Below are positions 56,885 through 64,000 of a stretch of 64,000 nucleotides of DNA, in pieces. Numbering within the stretch: the stretch's first letter is position 1; each line of letters starts with the position of its first letter. The notes under the pieces were generated by a model that had not been told where the DNA came from, ran no database searches, and was given only the letters and a program-made list of their open reading frames with translations. Both the position numbers and the translations under genes were made by a program. Source of the DNA: Chthoniobacterales bacterium (lineage in GTDB: Bacteria; Verrucomicrobiota; Verrucomicrobiia; Chthoniobacterales; UBA10450); contig JBBSPM010000014.1 of assembly GCA_038258815.1 (NCBI GenBank), forward strand, positions 20,263-84,262, written 5' to 3'.

Positions 56885-58411
56885 CTAATCCGACACCGCG
56901 TGGCCGTTTCCTTCGTCGAAATATTCGGTCGCGCCCACTTTCGAGACGCGCAGATATTGCCGCCAATTCCCCGTGGTCGCGTCTTCGGTGGTTTTGGAAG
57001 TGGTCGCTGCAGTCTCGGAAAATGCTTCGGTGAGGACTCTGCCATCGAGGTGATGTTCCGTCTTTAAACCGAGGAGGTGCATGATCGAAGCCGCCACATC
57101 GAGATTACTCGAAGGCAAATCGCTCTCCGTTCCTGTTCGAAAATCTGGACCCGCGGCGATGAAGAGATTGTGCACGTCGAACGGACTGAGCGTGCCGTGT
57201 GTCCCCTTCGCATCGCCTTTCCCATTCGCATCGATCATCCCGGCGGTATCGTAAGCATTACGCCGATCGCTCCAGCGGAAAGCCATGACCACATCCGGAC
57301 CTCCCGGTTTGTCCAAATGCACGCGGGCGAGCGGAAACGTGCCCTCAACCGCAACGCGCGAAAAAATTACGCCGGTAAAGTCTCGCGTTTGCAGCCAGTG
57401 GATGAGACCCGCATTCGTTTCTGCGTTGTGATCTTCGATGTAGAAGAAAATCGATCCGCCGTTGCCGATCACACGGATGGCTCCCGGTTTCTCCTCTTTT
57501 CGATCGGCTTCGATAACGGGAAAACCATCCGCCACGAGGAGGCCGGCTAAGTTTAGTGAACGCGCGATCGTCGAGAAGCCGTGGTCGGAGGCGACGAGCA
57601 CATCGGTTTGGCTGCGGACACCTTTTTCCTCCAAAGCCTTCAGCACCATGGCCAGGTTAGCGTCCGTCGATTTGATCGCGGCCAGCGCCTTTTCGCTCCC
57701 CGGAGCATCCGCGTGTTCGGAGCGATCTGGATCGCCCATCCAGAGCACCGAGAATTCGGGCACGCCTTCTTTCCAGAGCACCTCCGTGAGCGCCCGCGTG
57801 GTCCACCGATCCTGCGCGACACTGGGCAACTCCTCCGTCTGTGGATAACGACCAAGCGTTTTCTCGATTTTCGCCTGCGCGGAAGTCGGCAGCGCAACGC
57901 CCTCAACGAGCGTGACCGAGTTTCCTTTTCGGTTGCCGTTTTTCCGGTCGAACAAAAGCGGCGCGCTTTTCGTCCCCGCCACGGCCGTTGTTCCACCGCG
58001 TGCTTGCACCAGTTCAGCGATCGTCGGCACGGCGAAAAATCTTCCGCCGCTCAATTTATCCGCCGCGCGCACCATTTCTCCACCGTCCATGCGCGCTGGC
58101 TTATCCTTGGATATCCCCGGCAAATATTCGTAGTTCCCAATCGGCCCGCTGCGACCCGGGAAAACGCCTGTCGCCAGCGCAGCCGCATTCACAGTTGTAA
58201 GGGTCGGATAAACCGAATGGTGATTACGAAAGGTCACCCCGCCTCGAGCGAGCTTCCAGAGAGCGGGCGCATTCTTCTCCGTCGCAAAATCGGGTCGCAT
58301 GCCGTCCCACACGACTAGGACCACATGCGCAGCTTTTCCGCGCGCCGGTTCCGCGTTCACTGAAGCGGCACCAGCAAGCAGCGCGCAGAGAGCGAAGCGC
58401 GCGATAATCAT
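56885..58411 (-). CDS. alkaline-phosphatase-superfamily nucleotide pyrophosphatase/phosphodiesterase
   Basis: VVLVVWDGMRPDF; YPTLTTVNAAALATG; ASDHGF. Confidence 0.85.
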   Translation of the reverse strand: MIIARFALCALLAGAASVNAEPARGKAAHVVLVVWDGMRPDFATEKNAPALWKLARGGVTFRNHHSVYPTLTTVNAAALATGVFPGRSGPIGNYEYLPGISKDKPARMDGGEMVRAADKLSGGRFFAVPTIAELVQARGGTTAVAGTKSAPLLFDRKNGNRKGNSVTLVEGVALPTSAQAKIEKTLGRYPQTEELPSVAQDRWTTRALTEVLWKEGVPEFSVLWMGDPDRSEHADAPGSEKALAAIKSTDANLAMVLKALEEKGVRSQTDVLVASDHGFSTIARSLNLAGLLVADGFPVIEADRKEEKPGAIRVIGNGGSIFFYIEDHNAETNAGLIHWLQTRDFTGVIFSRVAVEGTFPLARVHLDKPGGPDVVMAFRWSDRRNAYDTAGMIDANGKGDAKGTHGTLSPFDVHNLFIAAGPDFRTGTESDLPSSNLDVAASIMHLLGLKTEHHLDGRVLTEAFSETAATTSKTTEDATTGNWRQYLRVSKVGATEYFDEGNGHAVSD

Positions 58412-58422
58412 GCGCTCACGAA

Positions 58423-59754
58423 TCAGTTGCCGCTCGTCGCTGTCGGCACGGTGCCCGCTTTGATCACCGTCATCTCTTGCGGTCGTAAATGCGCTTTAAT
58501 CGCTGCGTTCACTTCGGCCAAGGTGAGCGCCTGCACGCGTTTCGGATATTCATCGAGCCAGTTCACGCTGTAGCCGCGGTGGATGGCGTTGAGCAGCGCG
58601 CTCGCCATCCCGTCGGTGGTGGCGAGGCCGACCTTGAACGTCCCGATCAGATTCGTCTTCACTCGCTCCAACTCCGCCGCCGTCACGCCGTCTTTGTACC
58701 AGGCATCGAGCTGTTTTTGCGTGGACGCCATTCCTTTTTCGAGCAGATCAGGCGCAAAATTTGCCGAGATGCGCCACTCACCGTCAGTGAATGCGTCATT
58801 CGCCATGCCGGCGCCAATTCCGTAGGTCAGGCCTTCCTTGTCCCGCACATTTGCCATCAGGCGTCCGGTGAATCCCGAGCCCAGAACGGCAGTTCCCACG
58901 CGCAGCGCCAGCGCATCCTGGTCCGAGTAACGCAGGTGATCCGCCTGGCCCATCACCAATGTGACGTTCGGCTTGTCCGCCATTTGGATGGTTTGCGCGC
59001 GAGTCTTTGGCACCGGTTCCGCTCGCGGGAGATTGCGCGCGGGCTTGCCACCAGTCCAACCCTCAAATCCTTTCGCCAACTCGCGCTTCAGCTCCTCCAG
59101 ATCGAAGTCGCCCACGACCACAAAGGTGGATTGCGCGGGACCGTAGTAGTTCGTGTGAAACGTCTTCACATCGGCGAGGTCCGCCTTCTCGATCGCGGCC
59201 ATGAATTCCTTCACCGGCGGCGCATAGTTCGGGTGGCCCGGGAGGAAAATCGCTTCGGCAAACGCCTGGTTGGCGCGATAACTCGTGCTTTCCTGCGCGC
59301 GCCGCAGATCGCCAATGAGCTGCTTCTTTAATTTCGCGAATTCTTCCTCCGCAAAAGCGGGCGTACGAATTTGCTCGGCCAGGAGTCCGATCACCGTGGC
59401 GAGATCTTTCCGCAGACATTTTCCTCGGAACTCCGCCATCACTCCGTCGACCGAGAAATCGATCGTGGCCCCGATTTCATCGAGTTTCTGCGCGATGGCG
59501 AATTTGTCCTGCTTCGTCGTTCCCTTATCGAGCATCTCACCCACGAGGGTGGGAATCGCGACGTTATTCTTCGGTGCGAAACAATCGCCCGCCGGGAGCG
59601 AACCGCGGAAGGTTACGACCTCGTGCACGTCGGTTTTGCAGGCGACGAGGTCGAAGCCTCCAATTTGCGAGCGGTTCACTTTGGCGGCGATTTGAGCGGA
59701 CGCGGAGCCCGCCAGCGCGACGAGGAGGAGAGCGGAAAAGGAAATGGATTTCAT
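58423..59754 (-). CDS. M16 family peptidase, non-catalytic-type subunit
   Basis: Signal peptide and M16 N/C domains, but no HxxEH. Confidence 0.85.
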   Translation of the reverse strand: MKSISFSALLLVALAGSASAQIAAKVNRSQIGGFDLVACKTDVHEVVTFRGSLPAGDCFAPKNNVAIPTLVGEMLDKGTTKQDKFAIAQKLDEIGATIDFSVDGVMAEFRGKCLRKDLATVIGLLAEQIRTPAFAEEEFAKLKKQLIGDLRRAQESTSYRANQAFAEAIFLPGHPNYAPPVKEFMAAIEKADLADVKTFHTNYYGPAQSTFVVVGDFDLEELKRELAKGFEGWTGGKPARNLPRAEPVPKTRAQTIQMADKPNVTLVMGQADHLRYSDQDALALRVGTAVLGSGFTGRLMANVRDKEGLTYGIGAGMANDAFTDGEWRISANFAPDLLEKGMASTQKQLDAWYKDGVTAAELERVKTNLIGTFKVGLATTDGMASALLNAIHRGYSVNWLDEYPKRVQALTLAEVNAAIKAHLRPQEMTVIKAGTVPTATSGN

Positions 59755-59781
59755 GCTTTTGATCAGGTGAATTTCGGATCC

Positions 59782-61233
59782 TTAAGGAATTGGTGGGACC
59801 GGGATAGGGGATGGTGAAGGTGACGCTTCTGGTTCGTCCTTCTCCGCGCTCGGCGCGGCACTGGCCGGCGGGGCCGTCGTATTCGGGATGAACCAACCAG
59901 TCGTCCGCTGGTTCTCCACCAGATATTTATTGGCAACGCGTTTCACGTCCTCCGGTTTCACATTTTTCAGCGCGCCGTCCGCGTTGACGTAAAGCGTCCA
60001 ATCACCCGCGGCGATGAACTCGTTCAGCTTGCTCGCGATCGCGAAAGAGCCATCCCGCGCATAGGAAGAAGCAGCCACCATTCGCGCGACCGCCGCCGAC
60101 ACTTCAGCAGCAGTGACGCCTTCCTTTTTCACCCGTTCCAGCTCGTCCAGCAGGATCTTCTCCACCTGCTCATGCGTGCTTCCGGGAGCAAGACTGGCGT
60201 AGAGAAGGTAGAGCGAGGGGTCGTGGAAAAATCCCACATCTCCCGTCACATCGGTGGTGAGATTCTTGTCGGTTAACGCGCGATAGCCGCGGCTATTTTT
60301 TCCGACCGTGAGGATGACGTCGAGCACGCGCAAGGCGGCCTGGTCTTTATCAACGGCCGCGGGAATTTTGTGCGCGATCGCCAGCACGCCCAGCTCTCCG
60401 GCGCGCTTCAAGGTCACGCGGCGCGGTCCGGTCTGTTCCGGCTCTTGGGTGTAAACGGTCGGGATCGGCTTCGGCGCTTTCGGGATGGAGCCGTAGTTTT
60501 TCTTGATCAACTCGAGCGCCTTCGCGGGATCAAAATCGCCGATGACGGAGACCGTGGCGTTGTCTGGCCAGTAAAAGGTATTGTAAAATTCCTGGAGCTT
60601 TTCGATCGGCACTTTCTCGATGTCGCTCCGCCATCCGATCGTGGAATGATGATAGGGATGGGCGAGAAAAGCGGACGCGTAGATTTCCTTTTCCAGGGCC
60701 TGGGTGGGATCGTTTTCGCCGATCTCAAACTCGTTTCGCACCACCGTCATCTCCGGCTTCCGATCCTCTTCGCGCAGCCAGAGATTCCGCATCCGGTCGG
60801 CTTCGATCGCCATGTAACTGTCCAGATTTTCGCTTCCGATGTTGGCGTAGTAATTGGTCCGATCGAGCCAGGTGGTGGCGTTGTAGATACCGCCGACACG
60901 CTCCAGCAACTGATCGACGCTCGTGCCCTTTTCGCGATTGAACTTCGGCGTGCCCTTGAACATCAAATGCTCCAGCAAATGCGTCGCGCCCGTGGTGCCG
61001 GTCACTTCATTCCGAGAGCCCACCCGATAGGTGACCATGAACGTCAGCGTCGGACTCGAATGTTCCTCTAGGAGCAAAACCTGGAGGCCGTTCTTGTCCA
61101 AAGTGTATTCCGAGATCGGCCCCACCGTTTTCACAAACGTAAATCCGGGAACCTTGGCCGGCGGCGCAGGCTCCGCGGCAACCGCGGGAGTGATAGCAAC
61201 GAGAGAGGCAAGCAGGAGAAGTCGAACTTTCAT
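59782..61233 (-). CDS. M16 family zinc peptidase
   Basis: GATHLLEHLMFKGT (HxxEH). ATG 61233 gives MKVRLLLLASLVAITPAVA. Confidence 0.9.
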   Translation of the reverse strand: MKVRLLLLASLVAITPAVAAEPAPPAKVPGFTFVKTVGPISEYTLDKNGLQVLLLEEHSSPTLTFMVTYRVGSRNEVTGTTGATHLLEHLMFKGTPKFNREKGTSVDQLLERVGGIYNATTWLDRTNYYANIGSENLDSYMAIEADRMRNLWLREEDRKPEMTVVRNEFEIGENDPTQALEKEIYASAFLAHPYHHSTIGWRSDIEKVPIEKLQEFYNTFYWPDNATVSVIGDFDPAKALELIKKNYGSIPKAPKPIPTVYTQEPEQTGPRRVTLKRAGELGVLAIAHKIPAAVDKDQAALRVLDVILTVGKNSRGYRALTDKNLTTDVTGDVGFFHDPSLYLLYASLAPGSTHEQVEKILLDELERVKKEGVTAAEVSAAVARMVAASSYARDGSFAIASKLNEFIAAGDWTLYVNADGALKNVKPEDVKRVANKYLVENQRTTGWFIPNTTAPPASAAPSAEKDEPEASPSPSPIPVPPIP

Positions 61234-61364
61234 GATTGAGAACCCTAAGGGAGGCTGGGAGAGGGTGATTGTCCATCGCGAAGAGTGAGGCACATAAGCC
61301 TTGGGCTGTGCGTGGTCGGCGGCCAGAAGGGCGCGCTGGCTCGGCTTTTGCTCATCGCTTGGGC

Positions 61365-62669
61365 ATGCCCCCAATCCGATGGCTGTTTGTCACCCTGTCT
61401 GTCCTTGTCACCGCAGCCGAGGCGGCTCCTGTGGCTGAAAATCCGCCCATCGCCAACGAACAGACCTGGATCGTAAACGAGATCGTTCGCGATTTGGCAG
61501 AAGTGATCTTCTTCGGGTCCAAACCCGAGGCTCCGTCCGATCAATTGCGAGTCCATCTGGCGAACATAGCATCCAGATCGCCAACGTTTCGGATTTCGAT
61601 CGAAGCGCCGTCCCTGCACCTGGAGCGCAGCTTCGAATTGAAGCACCACATCTGGTCGGCCGAGACCTACGCACCGATCGCGGCGGAGATGCTCGCCAAC
61701 CTAAAGAGCGGTGATAGCAAACGGCAACCGCCCGATCCAGCCCTCCTAAAAGCTCTGACCGATGGCAAGACGACCACGATTATTCGAAATAGCCGGCGTG
61801 TTTCAGATCAGTTAGCGGAGCGTCCGCTCGATCCCGATTTGCATGAGCAGGCCGCGTTGCTCATCGGAGCGCTGGCACTGCGTGAGGCAACCGGCGATTT
61901 TGCCGACACACGCGGATTGCTTTGCCGAATGGCCACACACCTGAGCCTGGCGCGTGCGCTGCGTCCGGCGGAAGGGGACGCGGGCCGATTGGCGCGCATC
62001 ATTACCCTGTGCCTGGTGGATCGAGAAGCCGAAGCACTGGAAGTGATAAAAGCCCTCGGACCAGAACAATCTCGATGGGCGAACGCGCTCAAACTCCGCG
62101 CCACCAGTGATTGGCGCAGTTTGAAGAATCCAGAGAAGTCCAGCGCACTCGAACAGATGGAGCTGTTCCGCGCTTTACGAGTGACGGGATTGGATAGTCG
62201 CGCGCTTTCCTTGCTGAAAGAAATTGGCGCACGCAGTGAGCCGGAGTGGAGCCGGGTGGCAATCGGAGGGCATTTCTCCGTCCAGGAAGGCCACGCCTTT
62301 GCCTCGGCCAGCGTCCCCTTGGAGATCATAGCGACGGTGGCAGACTGGGGAGCCTTCACGACTGCGGAGCTGAAAGATGAGCAAATCGTGGAGGTCCTGA
62401 ATCGACCGGCGACACGGTGCGTAAGCCGGACGATCGAGGGTCGAGCGCAGCTGGAAGTTTTAGGATGGGGGCAGCTTGCCGCCTTTCATCAACGCCAGCT
62501 CGCACAAGCGATCGAGAAAACCTTCTCATTCCTAGACGCACAACTGGGCGTTCCGGAAGACGCGCATGCCTTTAGGAAACAGATCGCCAAACAATCAGAG
62601 CGAATGCATCTCCTTTTTGGAGCGACATTCTGTTTGGCGAGTGAGGCCGCTCCTATGATCCGCTTTTGA
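61365..62669 (+). CDS. hypothetical exported protein
   Basis: ATG 61365 gives MPPIRWLFVTLSVLVTAAEA; 434 aa, helical-repeat-like. Confidence 0.6.
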   Translation: MPPIRWLFVTLSVLVTAAEAAPVAENPPIANEQTWIVNEIVRDLAEVIFFGSKPEAPSDQLRVHLANIASRSPTFRISIEAPSLHLERSFELKHHIWSAETYAPIAAEMLANLKSGDSKRQPPDPALLKALTDGKTTTIIRNSRRVSDQLAERPLDPDLHEQAALLIGALALREATGDFADTRGLLCRMATHLSLARALRPAEGDAGRLARIITLCLVDREAEALEVIKALGPEQSRWANALKLRATSDWRSLKNPEKSSALEQMELFRALRVTGLDSRALSLLKEIGARSEPEWSRVAIGGHFSVQEGHAFASASVPLEIIATVADWGAFTTAELKDEQIVEVLNRPATRCVSRTIEGRAQLEVLGWGQLAAFHQRQLAQAIEKTFSFLDAQLGVPEDAHAFRKQIAKQSERMHLLFGATFCLASEAAPMIRF

Positions 62670-62906
62670 TCGAGCGGCGATATCCCACATCGCGTCGAGG
62701 TGAAAATCCTTGAGCACCCCCGCTGCGGCCGAAGCCTGCGCCGCCGTGAATCCAGCACCAAACTTCGCAGCGACAGACGCGCGGACGACCGTCCAATCAT
62801 ACGGGGCAAGCGCGGCCTCCGCCGCTTCCGGAAACATCTTGTTCTCCACCAGATATTTCCCGAGCGCGATAAAGTGGTCTGGCTCCAGCGCACAGAATGG
62901 ACGCAT
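62595..62906 (-). CDS. hypothetical small protein (3' end overlaps the convergent gene by 75 nt)
   Basis: MRPFCALEPDHFIALGKYLVENKMFPEAAEAALAPYDW...; moderate GC3. Confidence 0.35.
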   Translation of the reverse strand: MRPFCALEPDHFIALGKYLVENKMFPEAAEAALAPYDWTVVRASVAAKFGAGFTAAQASAAAGVLKDFHLDAMWDIAARSKADHRSGLTRQTECRSKKEMHSL

Positions 62907-63177
62907 CGCGGCACTCAAAGCCAATGCGCGCGGTTTCCGCTTACCGCACCAGGATACTCTTCTTCCTCGGCCACCTCGAGATGCGCCCTGCAGCCCAGGC
63001 GCAATCATGAAATCCCCCGCTAAATCATGAAGAGGCTAACTGGTGCCTCACCCAGAATGCGTCGTGTAGCAGGTTAGGAGATTGAGCTGTGCTACCAGTG
63101 GCTTCCGACGCCCGCGGTCGCACTCGCGCCGGTCCACGGGTCCGGACGCATTGGAACCGCCTACTCCACACCACCTC

Positions 63178-63849
63178 TCAGCTAATCGTGAAGCCCGGGT
63201 GGGTGGCGAAGGCATTATCGATCACAACATTCGCGCGTTGACGAGCGGCTTCGCGCAAAGCCGGAGTTGATCGGCGTCCATCGGCGTAAAACCACCAAAG
63301 GTAGAGCGCGCCAAACATCCACGCGCCCTGGTAATCCCAGGTCGAATCCGCCCCACTCTTGCCCGCGCCGAAAACGGAGCCGGTCGGGAAATTTGCATTG
63401 TGCGGTTTGCCACCACGATGGCGGGATTCATGCACCAACGTCTCCGCCCGCCCCGCGCAGTCCTTCTTGTAGAAGAATCCGAGATAAACTTCGTGCCGGC
63501 TGCCGATGCTAGCGGCGATCGCGGAACCGTCGCCGCACTTTGCGCGCAGGTCGTCGATTTGTTCGCGAACGTAACGTCGGCCCCAGTGCAGGATGTTGTT
63601 GCTCCAATCCTCGTTGTTGTAGTCGTCCGCGGAGTAATTCAGCAGCCACATTCCGTTCAAGGTCCGCGCGACGGGTAGGTCGGTATTGCAGGGATCTTCA
63701 TAGCCGAAGCCGTCGTCCCAATAAGCGTTTTTGAAGCCGTGCGCGGCCCAGGCCCAGTCGACGAAAGGTTGATCGCAGCTGCGAGGGCCGTACAGATTAT
63801 CACCGGAAGCGTCTTTGTTAGGGATCGTCGGAACAGTGCAGGTGGCCAT
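63178..63849 (-). CDS. hypothetical protein with HExxH motif (LVHESRH), putative metallopeptidase
   Basis: ATG 63849 gives MATCTVPTIPNK...; 223 aa, Trp/Tyr-rich, no obvious signal peptide. Confidence 0.55.
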   Translation of the reverse strand: MATCTVPTIPNKDASGDNLYGPRSCDQPFVDWAWAAHGFKNAYWDDGFGYEDPCNTDLPVARTLNGMWLLNYSADDYNNEDWSNNILHWGRRYVREQIDDLRAKCGDGSAIAASIGSRHEVYLGFFYKKDCAGRAETLVHESRHRGGKPHNANFPTGSVFGAGKSGADSTWDYQGAWMFGALYLWWFYADGRRSTPALREAARQRANVVIDNAFATHPGFTIS

Positions 63850-64000
63850 AGGATTTATTTGTCTGTGCGGGGTCCGGATTCGTCGTCGTTTTCTGCGCAG
63901 GGGTCCTCGCCGGAGAAATCCGGCGGCGCCGGCGCGGCCCGGTGTCTGGTTTTGCACAATTGCCGCTCGGGATTCTTGATCTGCGGCACCTCGCGCACAT

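Noticed and set aside
54982-61233. Tight M16-M16-phosphodiesterase-ABC-F gene string as a novel system
   Set aside because: The gaps are only 11-27 nt, but each protein is an ordinary member of a housekeeping family. No unusual domain or partner was seen.

Overview
High-GC (about 60%) bacterial chromosome segment. The gene content (PEP-CTERM protein, PadR plus ADOP-type duplicated FtsX permease, Hanks kinase with zinc ribbon, many exported hypotheticals, dense extragenic palindromes) suggests a soil Verrucomicrobiota- or Acidobacteriota-like organism; this is inference only. Housekeeping genes: sucC and sucD (split by two VOC genes), citrate synthase, pdxJ, acpS, metG, hemL, rluD, a sirtuin, a menA-like prenyltransferase, a ClC channel, a Kv channel, an ABC-F ATPase, an M16 peptidase pair and one tRNA-Cys(GCA). 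There is no rRNA, CRISPR array, integrase or prophage. Accessory content: two IS200-like/RAYT Y1 transposases, each flanked by its own hairpin repeats (REPtrons). At least five further unrelated extragenic palindrome families are present. There are two VapBC modules, and a RES/Xre module next to tRNA-Cys. Several genes look disrupted: a metallo-hydrolase with an internal deletion, a frameshifted histidine kinase, a frameshifted lipoprotein and one decayed gene. I found no clear multi-gene novel defence system. The most unusual signals are as follows. (1) The octamer TCGTTAGG occurs 15 times against roughly 1-2 expected; it sits inside genes using rare codons and at gene ends. (2) A 58-nt compound palindrome is inserted in frame in sucC. 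(3) A stand-alone GroEL apical-domain-like protein. (4) A low-GC3 patch of about 400 bp inside metG. (5) The two REPtrons. All calls come from reading the sequence and ORF translations by eye; no searches were run.
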